The notes: generated from the letters alone by a model not told the origin. Counted from the stretch's first letter, positions 9,352 through 18,704 are shown. The stretch: 64,000 bases of DNA from an uncultured Melioribacteraceae bacterium (GCA_964437215.1 CAYTFZ010000004.1:9077-73076), one strand, 5' to 3'. Made by a program: numbers and translations.

Positions 9352-9365
9352 AGTCTTTTTAATTT

Positions 9366-10196
9366 TTACCGGGCTAAATTTTTAATATTCTTCTTTGAAG
9401 AATTTCCCTTTGAAGGCTGCTTCTTTTTGTAGAAAAACAGAATGTATATTCCCAGTAAAATAAAGGGTATGCTTAAAATCTGTCCCATTTTTAAAATCAT
9501 ATCTTTTTCAAAAGCTTCCTGCACATCCTTAACAAACTCAATTAAAAATCTTGCCGTAAAAAGATAAATCAGGAAAATTCCGAAAATAAAGCCTTCTTTC
9601 ATTTCGCGCCATTTTTTGCGGTAAACGCTTATAAGAATGAAAAAAAGAACAAGATACGATAAAGCTTCATACAATTGAGCGGGGTGCCGAGGTTCAGTTT
9701 CCGGAGGCATTGCATTTACAAAAATAAAACCCCACGGAAGATTTGTGTAAGTTCCAATTATTTCCGAATTAAATAAATTTCCGAGCCGTACAAAACATCC
9801 GCCGAGCGCAACGGTAATTACTATGCGGTCTAAAACCCATAAAAATGACTGATCTTTGTGTTTGCGGCAGTAAAAATAAATGGCTGTAGGAATTCCAATT
9901 GCGGCTCCGTGACTTGCCAAACCGCCTTTCCATACTTCTAAAATTTTCAATGGATTTGATAAATAATTTATGGGATCGTAAAATAAAATGTGTCCCAGTC
10001 TGGCACCTATTATAGTTCCGAAGAACATATAAAGAAAAAGATCATTTAAATCATTTTCCGACTTACCTTCATTCTTAAAAATGTAGGACATTATTCTAAA
10101 GCCGGCTAAAAAAGCTGTTGCCCAAAGAACACCGTAATATCTTATTGAGAAAGGTCCGAGCGAAAATATTTCGGGATCAACATTCCATGTAATCAT
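9366..10196 (-). CDS. lgt: Prolipoprotein diacylglyceryl transferase
   Basis: Motifs: GGLASHGAAIG, RLGNLFNSEIIG, HPAQLYEA. Polytopic membrane protein of typical length. Confidence 0.9.
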   Translation of the reverse strand: MITWNVDPEIFSLGPFSIRYYGVLWATAFLAGFRIMSYIFKNEGKSENDLNDLFLYMFFGTIIGARLGHILFYDPINYLSNPLKILEVWKGGLASHGAAIGIPTAIYFYCRKHKDQSFLWVLDRIVITVALGGCFVRLGNLFNSEIIGTYTNLPWGFIFVNAMPPETEPRHPAQLYEALSYLVLFFILISVYRKKWREMKEGFIFGIFLIYLFTARFLIEFVKDVQEAFEKDMILKMGQILSIPFILLGIYILFFYKKKQPSKGNSSKKNIKNLAR

Positions 10197-10209
10197 TAAA
10201 TCCTCATCA

Positions 10210-10563
10210 TTAAATCTGTTTAAGCTGTTCGCGCAATTTTTTGCTCAATCCGGAAACTACAAGATCATACGAATCGTCAATCCATTTTTTTATCAAAGCA
10301 TCGTTTAGTCTTCCTGTCACATCAATCGTATTCCAATGCTTTTTGCTCATATGATAGCCAGGAGTTACTTCTTCGTATTTCTCTCTCAGCTCAACCGCTT
10401 TTTCGGGATCGGTTTTTACATTTATAGAAACCGGAGAATCGAGTGAAAGCAGTAGAAACATTTTTCCGGCAACTTTATAAACTGGAGTAACTTCATCGAA
10501 AGGAAGACATTCTTCAGCCATTTTTTTCTTTAAGCAATATTCGCGAATTAATTCAGCATCCAT
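10210..10563 (-). CDS. MmcQ/YjbR family protein
   Basis: 117 aa. The N-terminal IREYCLKKKMAEECLPFDEVTPVYKVAGKMF and the C-terminal WIDDSYDLV pattern are typical of YjbR-like proteins. Confidence 0.55.
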   Translation of the reverse strand: MDAELIREYCLKKKMAEECLPFDEVTPVYKVAGKMFLLLSLDSPVSINVKTDPEKAVELREKYEEVTPGYHMSKKHWNTIDVTGRLNDALIKKWIDDSYDLVVSGLSKKLREQLKQI

Positions 10564-10686
10564 TAAAAATAATGTAAAAAATTTGTAGTTTTCAGTTTGT
10601 TAATTATATGTTATTTTTCTTTCGAAATAAAGAAACCAATTCTTTCTGGAATTGTATACCGGAAATTTAATAAAAGGCTAAACCAA

Positions 10687-12753
10687 ATGAAAAAATTATT
10701 CCTGATGCTGTTCGTTTTTGCGAATATTTTTATTAATGCTCAAGTAACAGATACAAAAAATGAGCATAATTCAATCGACTCGAATGCAGTTCTTTCACCG
10801 GAACCGAAATTCGCAAAAATCAGCAAATCTGTTGCAATGATCTTATCGCGTTATCATTATAAAAAAGTAAAAATCGATGATTCTCTGTCTTCCGAAATTT
10901 TTAATAATTACCTTACCAACATCGACAATAACAAAATGTATTTTTTAGCATCCGATATAAATGACTTTGCAAGTTACCGGTATACTTTCGACGAAAATCT
11001 TTTATTCGGCAATCTCGAACCGCCATTTCATATTTTTAATGTATTTAAAGAAAGAGTTACCGAAAGGATAAAATACGTTGAAAAATTACTTGAAAACGAA
11101 TTCGATTACACAGCAGATGAAAATTATTTACCCGACAGAACAAAAAGCAGCTGGGCAGAAACTGTAAATGAGATAAATGAAATCTGGCGTAAAAGAGTTA
11201 AAAATGAAGCGCTTAATATGAAACTTGCAGGAAAAGAATGGAATAAAACCCGTGAGACTTTATTAAAGCGTTATCAGAATTTTCATAAAGCGGTTCTTCA
11301 ATATAAACCGGAGGATGTATTTCAAATTTATATGAATACATATTCCGAGACTATTGATCCTCACACAAGCTATTTTTCGCAGCGAAGTTCGGATAATTTT
11401 GATATACAGATGAAACTGTCGCTCGAAGGAATTGGGGCTACCCTGCGAACCGACAATGACTATACAAAAGTTGTTGAACTTGTGCCCGGCGGTCCGGCTG
11501 CCAAATCCGGTCTGCTTAAAGCAAACGATTTAATTTCCGGCGTGGGACAAGGTGAAGACGGCGAAATTGTAGATGTTATCGGCTGGCGTATTGATGATGT
11601 TGTTTCACTTATACGGGGAAAAAAAGGTACTGTTGTAAGGCTGCAGATTCTGAAATCGAGCACCGGAGCGGATATGCTGCCCGATACTATTTCTATTGTC
11701 CGCGATAAAGTTAAACTTGAAGAACAAGCGGCAAAATCCGAAATAATTGAGATAGAAAGTGATAATCAAAAATATAAAATCGGCATTGTTTCTATTCCGT
11801 CGTTTTATATCGATTTTGAAGCACGTATGAAAGGCGAACCGGAATACAGAAGTACTACGCGAGATGTTAAAGCTCTTCTTAAGCAATTAAATGAAAACAA
11901 AGTTGATGGAATTGTAATTGACCTTAGGAATAACGGAGGGGGAGCATTGCAGGAAGCAGTTGAACTTACCGGACTTTTTATAAAAGAAGGTCCTGTTGTT
12001 CAGGTAAAAGGAACCGACGGTATAATTGATGTGGAAAAAGATGATGATCCGGCTCTTTATTACGAAGGTCCTTTGGCAGTGTTGGTTAATAAATTCAGTG
12101 CATCGGCTTCAGAGATATTTTCGGGCGCAATTCAGGATTACGGCAGAGGACTGATAATTGGAGAACAAACTTACGGAAAAGGAACAGTACAGACATTGCA
12201 GAATCTGGATAACTTTGTTCCGAATGAAAAAAATCCCGGCAAACTGAAATTTACAATTGCCAAATATTACAGGATAAACGGCAGCAGCACACAGCATCTC
12301 GGAGTTATTCCCGATATTATTTTCCCTTCCAGCAGTGATGCTAAAGAATATGGCGAAAGTTCCAATAAAAGTGCTTTGCCATGGGATCAAATCGGCTCTA
12401 CAGTTTTTTCGAAACAATCAGGTTTTCAGGAAGTAATTCCATCTCTTATAAAAAAACACGATGAAAGAATAAAAAAAGATGTTCAATTCCAATATATTAT
12501 AGAAGACATTGAAGAATATAATCATAGAATAGATAAAAATTCTTTTTCATTAAATTATGAAATCCGTAAGAAAGAAAGGGAAGAAGCAGAACTGAAAAAG
12601 AAAGAACGGAATGAGAATCAGGATGTTCAGCCCGAAATTGATATTGAGGAGCTTGAAGAAATCCCGGTTGCCAAGGATAAAAAAGATGACCCTTTTTTAA
12701 AAGAAACCGGGTATATTCTTGCTGATTTGATTATGTTGGAAACTGCAGAATAG
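10687..12753 (+). CDS. prc: Tail-specific (C-terminal processing) protease, S41 family
   Basis: Signal peptide MKKLFLMLFVFANIFINA/Q, a PDZ region (VVELVPGGPAAKSGLLKANDLI) and an S41 catalytic region (LVNKFSASASEIFSGAIQDYGRGLIIGEQTYGKGTVQ). The track start at 10597 (TTG) was rejected in favour of ATG 10687, which precedes the signal peptide. Confidence 0.85.
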   Translation: MKKLFLMLFVFANIFINAQVTDTKNEHNSIDSNAVLSPEPKFAKISKSVAMILSRYHYKKVKIDDSLSSEIFNNYLTNIDNNKMYFLASDINDFASYRYTFDENLLFGNLEPPFHIFNVFKERVTERIKYVEKLLENEFDYTADENYLPDRTKSSWAETVNEINEIWRKRVKNEALNMKLAGKEWNKTRETLLKRYQNFHKAVLQYKPEDVFQIYMNTYSETIDPHTSYFSQRSSDNFDIQMKLSLEGIGATLRTDNDYTKVVELVPGGPAAKSGLLKANDLISGVGQGEDGEIVDVIGWRIDDVVSLIRGKKGTVVRLQILKSSTGADMLPDTISIVRDKVKLEEQAAKSEIIEIESDNQKYKIGIVSIPSFYIDFEARMKGEPEYRSTTRDVKALLKQLNENKVDGIVIDLRNNGGGALQEAVELTGLFIKEGPVVQVKGTDGIIDVEKDDDPALYYEGPLAVLVNKFSASASEIFSGAIQDYGRGLIIGEQTYGKGTVQTLQNLDNFVPNEKNPGKLKFTIAKYYRINGSSTQHLGVIPDIIFPSSSDAKEYGESSNKSALPWDQIGSTVFSKQSGFQEVIPSLIKKHDERIKKDVQFQYIIEDIEEYNHRIDKNSFSLNYEIRKKEREEAELKKKERNENQDVQPEIDIEELEEIPVAKDKKDDPFLKETGYILADLIMLETAE

Positions 12754-12754
12754 A

Positions 12755-13222
12755 ATGCAAAAAACAAATGTTTTAAGAATACTGGATTCTAAAAATGTTG
12801 AATACAGCATTTTTGAATACGATGTTGATGAAGAATCTCTTGATGCTGTAACCGTTGCCGAAAAAATAGGTGCCGACCCCGATCAGGTTTTTAAAACGCT
12901 TATTGCCAGGGGTGATGGAAACAGTATTTTCATTTTTGTTATTCCCGGTCAGTACGAGCTTGATCTTAAAAAAGCAGCAAAGGTAAGCGGAAATAAAAAA
13001 ATAGAAATGATAAAAATGAAAGAAATTCTGCCTCTTACCGGATATATACGCGGTGGATGCTCACCAATCGGTATGAAAAAACAATATCCTACTTTTATTG
13101 ATGAGTCTGCTGTTGTTTTTCCGGAAATAATATTCAGTGCAGGTAAACGCGGTATTCAGGTAAAACTCCCACCGTTTACTTTAGCCTCTATATCAAATGC
13201 AGTATTTGCAGATTTAATTTAA
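12755..13222 (+). CDS. ybaK: Cys-tRNA(Pro)/Cys-tRNA(Cys) deacylase, YbaK/EbsC type
   Basis: 155 aa with LTGYIRGGCSPIGMKK and an N-terminal VLRILDSKNVEYSIFEY pattern. The start lies 2 nt after the prc stop. Confidence 0.75.
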   Translation: MQKTNVLRILDSKNVEYSIFEYDVDEESLDAVTVAEKIGADPDQVFKTLIARGDGNSIFIFVIPGQYELDLKKAAKVSGNKKIEMIKMKEILPLTGYIRGGCSPIGMKKQYPTFIDESAVVFPEIIFSAGKRGIQVKLPPFTLASISNAVFADLI

Positions 13223-13300
13223 TATAGTACAATTATTATTTCTTTTTATTTGAGTCGTTTTTTTTTATATTTGTTGTCTTAAATAATAAGGATTTTAAAA

Positions 13301-13465
13301 ATGGCTAAACAACAAACCTTCGCTGATAAAGCAAAGAAGAGAACACAAGCAACACAAATCAATGTGAAATTTGTGAAAACTATTAAAACTGATAAAGGAA
13401 CATATAAATTCCAAGAAAAATTTGTTAAAGTTGATGATTTAAATCAGGTTACAAGTTTTAAATAA
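13301..13465 (+). CDS. Small basic protein (54 aa), DUF4295-like
   Basis: My own translation; too short for the ORF track: MAKQQTFADKAKKRTQATQINVKFVKTIKTDKGTYKFQEKFVKVDDLNQVTSFK. Lys-rich with a TGxYxFxE-like core, as in the small DUF4295 proteins of Bacteroidota. Immediately followed by a hairpin terminator. Confidence 0.5.
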   Translation: MAKQQTFADKAKKRTQATQINVKFVKTIKTDKGTYKFQEKFVKVDDLNQVTSFK

Positions 13466-13492
13466 AAGGCGGCATTCAAACCCGCCTTTATC
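13466..13492 (+). terminator. Putative intrinsic terminator after the small ORF
   Basis: Hairpin AAGGCGG-(loop cattcaaac)-CCGCCTT starts directly after the stop codon and is followed by a T-rich stretch. Confidence 0.5.
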
Positions 13493-13641
13493 ACATTTCA
13501 TTTCTTCAATACCGATTTCACTTGCTATTAAATAAGTAATTTTTATATTTATAATTAAAATCACATTACGCTAAACTCTTAAGCGGAGGATTACTTTATC
13601 GGGTAAATTCATTTATTAACTAATTAAAAAAGGTGGCAGTT

Positions 13642-14979
13642 ATGTTAAAACCTAAAACATTAAAACTATATGGTTTGCGAAATATCGACGAACTACCACA
13701 ACTTAAAAATCTGTCGGAAAAGACAAGGTTTGCATTAAAGGTTGTATCACACATTTTACCATTCAGAACAAATAACTATGTTGTTGAGGAATTGATTGAT
13801 TGGGATAATATTCCTGATGATCCTATTTATCAGCTTACGTTTATGCAGAAAGATATGATTGATAAAGAATCGTTTTCTTTGATGGCTGATGCACTTAAAA
13901 GAAATAATCAATCCGAAATTCAAACAGTTGCCAAACAATTGCGCAATAAACTAAACCCGCATCCTTCGGGACAATTAACTGCAAACATTCCATTATTGGA
14001 AGGGAAACCTGTACCGGGTGTGCAGCACAAATATAAAGAAACAGTATTGGTTTTTCCAACTTCCGGACAGACTTGCCATGCTTACTGTACTTTTTGTTTC
14101 AGATGGGCTCAGTTTATCGGGGACGATTCGCTTAAATTTGCTACAGATGAATCTTTGCGTTTTCAGGAATATTTAAAAAAACATAAGGAAGTAACCGATA
14201 TTCTTTTTACAGGCGGCGATCCGATGATAATGAGCGCTGCCAAACTTGAAGCATATATTCTTCCACTGCTTCAGCCGGAGTTCAGGCATATTAAAAACAT
14301 TCGCATCGGAACTAAATCAATTGCTTACTGGCCTTATAAATATCTTACAGATAAAGATTCGGATAGGACTCTTTCAATATTCGAAAAAGTTATAAATGCC
14401 GGAAAACATCTTACTATCATTTCACATTTCAATCACTATGCAGAACTTTCAACTACAGCCGCAGTTCTTGCTGTTCAGAAAATAAGAAGCACAGGAGCTG
14501 TAATAAGAGCTCAATCACCTGTATTAAGGCATATTAACGACAATCCGGATGTCTGGTCGACATTATGGCAATTGCAGGTAAAAAACGGTGTTATCCCTTA
14601 TTATATGTTTGTTGAGAGAGAAACTGGCGCAAAAAAATATTTCGAGATGCCTATTTTCAGGGCTTATAATATTTTTACTGAAGCCTATAAAAAAGTTTCC
14701 GGACTTTCAAAAACAGTACGCGGACCAGTTATGTCAGCAAATCCCGGAAAAGTTTTAATTGACGGAATTTCTGAAATTAATAACGAAAAGGTATTTGTTC
14801 TTAAGTTTATTCAAGCAAGGAATCCTGACTGGATAAACAAACCTTTTTATGCAAAATTTGATCCAAAAGCCACATGGTTGCTTCAGCTTGAACCGGCTTT
14901 CAATAAATCAAAATTCTTTTACGAAGACGAATTAGAAGAAATCCTCGAGGAACGGAAAATAGATTTATTAGCAGGATAA
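13642..14979 (+). CDS. KamA-family radical SAM protein (lysine 2,3-aminomutase-like)
   Basis: CHAYCTFCFRW radical-SAM CxxxCxxC cluster motif in a KamA-like context (VLVFPTSGQTCHAYCTFCFRWAQF, FTGGDPM). AGGTGG Shine-Dalgarno motif 5 nt before ATG 13642; the track's GVG-type start at 13633 (GTG) is less likely. Confidence 0.8.
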   Translation: MLKPKTLKLYGLRNIDELPQLKNLSEKTRFALKVVSHILPFRTNNYVVEELIDWDNIPDDPIYQLTFMQKDMIDKESFSLMADALKRNNQSEIQTVAKQLRNKLNPHPSGQLTANIPLLEGKPVPGVQHKYKETVLVFPTSGQTCHAYCTFCFRWAQFIGDDSLKFATDESLRFQEYLKKHKEVTDILFTGGDPMIMSAAKLEAYILPLLQPEFRHIKNIRIGTKSIAYWPYKYLTDKDSDRTLSIFEKVINAGKHLTIISHFNHYAELSTTAAVLAVQKIRSTGAVIRAQSPVLRHINDNPDVWSTLWQLQVKNGVIPYYMFVERETGAKKYFEMPIFRAYNIFTEAYKKVSGLSKTVRGPVMSANPGKVLIDGISEINNEKVFVLKFIQARNPDWINKPFYAKFDPKATWLLQLEPAFNKSKFFYEDELEEILEERKIDLLAG

Positions 14980-14980
14980 T

Positions 14981-15009
14981 AAAAAAATCCGGCAATGCCG
15001 GATCTTTTT
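14981..15009. terminator. Bidirectional intrinsic terminator between convergent genes
   Basis: AAAAAAATCCGGC-aat-GCCGGATCTTTTT: a perfect 7-bp GC-rich stem flanked by an A-run and a T-run. Confidence 0.6.
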
Positions 15010-15014
15010 ATTTC

Positions 15015-15428
15015 TTAGTATTTTACAACAGGTTCAAGTTTTGCTGCTTCTTTAATCCATCTTTCAACTTTTACTTTTGCAGGAAGAATTCTTACAAGCT
15101 TTTTACTCTGTGAATTAACTTCAGCCATTTTTGCAGTTAGGTTTTCAGCTTTTCTGTTACGCAATTCTTTCACTGTATCAACACCGGCCTTCTCCAATAA
15201 TTCGGAATACTCGCTGCCAATGCCTTTAACACGGAAAAGATCGGCCATGTTAACCCATTTAAGAACTAAAGAAGCGTCTAAGCCGGATTTCCGGGCAATT
15301 TCATCTCTGCCTTTTTTGGTTGCTCCTGCAATTAGTAATCCTCTAATTGATTTAACGCCTGCTTTTGCTAATTTTTCCGCATAAACCGGACCAATACCTT
15401 CAATGTCAGAAATTTTGTAATATGCCAT
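15015..15428 (-). CDS. DUF4332 domain protein (tandem helix-hairpin-helix-like)
   Basis: Two repeats of the pattern IEGIGPVYAEKLAKAGVKSIRGLL and VKGIGSEYSELLEKAGVDTVKEL. Confidence 0.6.
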   Translation of the reverse strand: MAYYKISDIEGIGPVYAEKLAKAGVKSIRGLLIAGATKKGRDEIARKSGLDASLVLKWVNMADLFRVKGIGSEYSELLEKAGVDTVKELRNRKAENLTAKMAEVNSQSKKLVRILPAKVKVERWIKEAAKLEPVVKY

Positions 15429-15703
15429 TTTGTACCTCGTTTAATTTATTATTGAATGCTTTATATTTTTTTGTTAAAAACTTTAAATAAAATGTTCTGA
15501 AACTCTATACCGCCAGAAGCTTGGGTTTCATAAATGTTGAGGTTATTCATCAAATAACTTACAGTTTCCATATTAAAAACCTTCAATGTGTAATTTAATA
15601 ATTACTTATCGAAAAGTAGAAATTGACTTAGAAGTAAAGTATAACTTTATCTGTTATTTTATTGTAGTTGGGTGAATAAATGAAATGTAGCGTTTTTTGT
15701 TAC

Positions 15704-15735
15704 AAAAAAATCCGGCATCAGCCGGATTTTAATTT
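15704..15735 (-). terminator. Intrinsic terminator of the Nfu-type gene
   Basis: On the minus strand the hairpin ATCCGGC-tgat-GCCGGAT is followed by TTTTTTT, immediately after the stop codon at 15736. Confidence 0.65.
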
Positions 15736-16278
15736 TTAACCTGGTATTACATCAATTGAGGGATGGATTTCGCGGCGAAGCAGATTTTCGATGGCTACCA
15801 GAGTGCCTCTGATTGCGCTCGGACAGCTTCCGCAGGCGCCTTGGTAACGGATAGTTAAAGTGTATCCTTCCAGACCGAGAACTTGCAAGCCGCCACCGTC
15901 GCCGGCAAGGGCTGGGCGAACACGCGTATCAAGAATTTCAGTTATCTTCCCGAGAAGCTCAGTTTCTTCTTCTTTACTTATTTCGGCATTATCCTCTGCA
16001 GGAATTGATTTTTTATCGAAATTTTTCAGAAAATTTACAAAATCTTTCTGAATAGAATTCCATGAAGTTTCTTCATCCTTTTCTATTGTTACAAATTTAT
16101 CCATATAGAAAACCGAAACGATTCCTTTAATTGCAAAAATACCTTTAGCAAATGGATCTTTTTCTGCTTCGGCAATTGAACTGTAATTACGAGTTTCTTT
16201 AATGAGCAGTTTCTCATTCAATACAAATTTTAACGCTTGCGGATTTGGTGTTAAAGCCACATCCTGAACTATTAACAT
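15736..16278 (-). CDS. NifU/Nfu-type Fe-S cluster scaffold (Nfu_N domain plus NifU C-terminal domain)
   Basis: N-terminal TPNPQALKF Nfu_N signature, and C-terminal DGGGLQVLGLEGYTLTIRYQGACGSCPSA with the CxxC motif. Confidence 0.8.
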   Translation of the reverse strand: MLIVQDVALTPNPQALKFVLNEKLLIKETRNYSSIAEAEKDPFAKGIFAIKGIVSVFYMDKFVTIEKDEETSWNSIQKDFVNFLKNFDKKSIPAEDNAEISKEEETELLGKITEILDTRVRPALAGDGGGLQVLGLEGYTLTIRYQGACGSCPSAIRGTLVAIENLLRREIHPSIDVIPG

Positions 16279-16301
16279 TTTTTACCTCTTTTATTTTCTT
16301 A

Positions 16302-16985
16302 CTAATTTTTTTTCCGGTTATCTGCAATTAAAACAAATTCACCTTTTAATTCCATTTTATTAATAACCTTTTTAATATCCGAAATAGTTCCGCGGAAAAT
16401 ATTTTCTTCGGGCATAGTTAATTTATAAGCCAGACAAATCTGCATATCATTTCCGAACTCGCTGAGAAAATCATCAATAATTCTTTGAAGTCTGTATGGA
16501 GTTTCCATTATCACAATGAGCTCTTTAATGTTCTTAAGTTTTTTAAGCTCAGCTTTTCTTTCATCTTTTTTGGCTGAAAGCCATCCGTAATAGTAAAAAT
16601 TTTTAAGATTGAATCCCGAAGAAACTAATGCCGGAAGAAGACTGTTTGCACCGGGTACGGGTATAATTTTTATTCCGGCATTAATAGCATTTTGTACAAG
16701 ATATAACCCGGGGTCGGAAAAAAGCGGTGTTCCGCAATCGGAAATAAGTGCAAGATTTTTACCCGATTTCAGCAGATTTATAATTTCCGGGGTTTCTTCT
16801 TTTTCGTTATGCTCGTTAATCTGTCGTAAATCTTTTTGAATATTTATTTCCGAAAGAAACCGGCGGGCAGGTTTCAGTTCTTCGCAAATAATTTCGTCGC
16901 TGTCTTTCAGAATATTTACTGCTCTTATTGTTATATCCTGATAATTTCCTATAGGAGTTGATACTATATATAAATTTCCGTTCAT
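16302..16985 (-). CDS. rsmI: 16S rRNA (cytidine1402-2'-O)-methyltransferase
   Basis: LYIVSTPIGNYQDITIRAVNILKDSDEIICE and SDCGTPLFSDPG motifs of the tetrapyrrole-methylase-fold RsmI. Confidence 0.8.
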   Translation of the reverse strand: MNGNLYIVSTPIGNYQDITIRAVNILKDSDEIICEELKPARRFLSEINIQKDLRQINEHNEKEETPEIINLLKSGKNLALISDCGTPLFSDPGLYLVQNAINAGIKIIPVPGANSLLPALVSSGFNLKNFYYYGWLSAKKDERKAELKKLKNIKELIVIMETPYRLQRIIDDFLSEFGNDMQICLAYKLTMPEENIFRGTISDIKKVINKMELKGEFVLIADNRKKN

Positions 16986-16993
16986 ATAAATTT

Positions 16994-17015
16994 AAAGGCT
17001 GCAGAGGCAGCCTTT
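16994..17015 (-). terminator. Possible hairpin terminator/attenuator between proS and rsmI
   Basis: AAAGGCTGC-agag-GCAGCCTTT, a perfect 9-bp stem. The U-tract on the minus strand is weak (TTTAAATTT). Confidence 0.35.
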
Positions 17016-17018
17016 TTA

Positions 17019-18704
17019 TTAAATCAATTCTTTAACTTTTATGTAAAATTCTTCAAGTGATATTTTATATCTCTCTCCGGTTTTACGGATTTTAATTTCA
17101 ACGCATTTTTCCTGAAGATTTTTATCACCGACAATAATCTGGACAGGCATTCCAAGAAGATCGGCATCGTTAAACTTAAAACCGGCCTGGGCATCGATGC
17201 GGTCATCAAAAATTACATCGTAGCTCATCTGCCGCAGATTGAAATAAATATCGTTGCAAGCTTGAACAATTTCGGGCTTTTTCATATTTAACCCGATTAA
17301 GTGAAAATGAAAAGGAGCAAGTCTGAAATCCCACACAATACCTTTTTCATCGTGATTTTGTTCAAGATAGCAAGCCAATACTCTGTCAACCCCGATTCCG
17401 TAGCTTCCCATAATTATCGGGTGGTCTTTTCCGCTTTCATCAAGAAAGTTTGCTCCCAAAGCTTCGGTATATTTTGTTCCAAGTTTAAAAATATGTCCAA
17501 GTTCAATGGCTTTAAAGACATCTAATTTTGCACTGCATCTTGTGCATGTTTCACCGGACTGAACTGTTCGCAGGTCAAAAAATTCTGCGCTTTTTACATC
17601 GCGGTCAAAATCAATTCCGCCGATGTGATAATCGTTTTTATTAGCTCCGCTGAACATATTGTTGGCATTTTTTAATCTTTTATCAGCTATTATTCTTCCT
17701 TTAAAACCTACAGGGCCGATAGAACCGGCATCGGCTCCGGTAATTTCTTTTAATTCCTCGGGATGAGCCGGGCGGACACCGGAACCAATTGCTGCTTCAA
17801 GTTTTATTTCATTTACTTCATCGTTTCCCAGCATCAGCACAAGAATAGGAACTCCTTCTAAAACATAAATTCTGGATTTAGCGCATTCTGTTTCGGAAAT
17901 ATTCAAAAATCCGCAAAGTTCATCTATCGATTTTATATTTGGCGTGGAAATTTCATATAGTTCTTTACTCTCGGAATTACGAATAATATCGGCAGAAATT
18001 GACTGGGCAACTTCCACATTTGCCGCATAACCGCATTTTTCGCAGTATGCAACTGTATCTTCGCCTGCATCCGATTTCACCATAAATTCTTCTGATTTGC
18101 TTCCGCCCATTGCACCGCTTGAAGCGCCTACAACAAAAAATTTAATTCCGCAGCGCTCAAAAATATTGCGGTAAGCCCGCGCATGCAAATCGTAGGATTT
18201 ATCAAGGTTTTCCCACGACGAATCGAATGAATATGAATCTTTCATAAGGAATTGTCTTCCTCTGATAATTCCGCTACGGGGACGCGGTTCGTTACGGAAT
18301 TTGGTTTGTATCTGATACCAAATCTGGGGAAGTTCTTTATACGATTTAAGAGCTCCTTTAGCATGATAAGTCATAATTTCTTCGTGCGTCGGCGCAAGAA
18401 CATAATCTCTGTTTTTTACGTGGAACATTGTATCGCCGAATGCTTCAACTCTGTTTGTCTGTTCCCATATTTCCCGCGGATTTAAACCGGGCAAGTGAAA
18501 TTCCTGACCGCCGATAGCATCCATTTCTTCGCGTATTATGGTTTCAATTTTTTTTAATACTTTGTATCCTAACGGAAGAAAAGAATAAATGCCTGCTGAA
18601 AGCATACGCACCATTCCGGTACGAAGCATTAAAATATGACTTGGAATAACCGCATCGGCGGGAACTTCTTTAAGTGTAGGGATAAATGCTTTACTGAGTT
18701 TCAT
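17019..18704 (-). CDS. proS: Proline--tRNA ligase, bacterial type with INS editing domain
   Basis: Class II motifs (FRNEPRPRSGIIRGRQFLMKDSYSF, GSYGIGVDR), an inserted editing domain (GADAGSIGPVGFKG), and 561 aa in length. Confidence 0.95.
   Translation of the reverse strand: MKLSKAFIPTLKEVPADAVIPSHILMLRTGMVRMLSAGIYSFLPLGYKVLKKIETIIREEMDAIGGQEFHLPGLNPREIWEQTNRVEAFGDTMFHVKNRDYVLAPTHEEIMTYHAKGALKSYKELPQIWYQIQTKFRNEPRPRSGIIRGRQFLMKDSYSFDSSWENLDKSYDLHARAYRNIFERCGIKFFVVGASSGAMGGSKSEEFMVKSDAGEDTVAYCEKCGYAANVEVAQSISADIIRNSESKELYEISTPNIKSIDELCGFLNISETECAKSRIYVLEGVPILVLMLGNDEVNEIKLEAAIGSGVRPAHPEELKEITGADAGSIGPVGFKGRIIADKRLKNANNMFSGANKNDYHIGGIDFDRDVKSAEFFDLRTVQSGETCTRCSAKLDVFKAIELGHIFKLGTKYTEALGANFLDESGKDHPIIMGSYGIGVDRVLACYLEQNHDEKGIVWDFRLAPFHFHLIGLNMKKPEIVQACNDIYFNLRQMSYDVIFDDRIDAQAGFKFNDADLLGMPVQIIVGDKNLQEKCVEIKIRKTGERYKISLEEFYIKVKELI

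Noticed and set aside
10597-10686. Upstream non-ATG starts proposed by the ORF track: 10597 for prc, 24500 for the lipoprotein, 30236 for the M28 protein and 13633 for the KamA-like gene.
   Set aside because: In each case an in-frame ATG slightly downstream gives a canonical signal peptide or lipoprotein N-terminus, or better Shine-Dalgarno spacing. The upstream extensions add non-signal residues.
14981-15735. Two near-identical hairpins (AAAAAAATCCGGC-nnn-GCCGGAT) at 14981-15009 and 15704-15735 flank the DUF4332 gene and might be inverted or direct repeats of an inserted element.
   Set aside because: Both sit exactly where intrinsic terminators are expected: after a convergent gene pair and after the Nfu-type gene. 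The shared part is just an A-run plus a 7-bp GC stem. There are no target-site duplications and no mobility gene between them.
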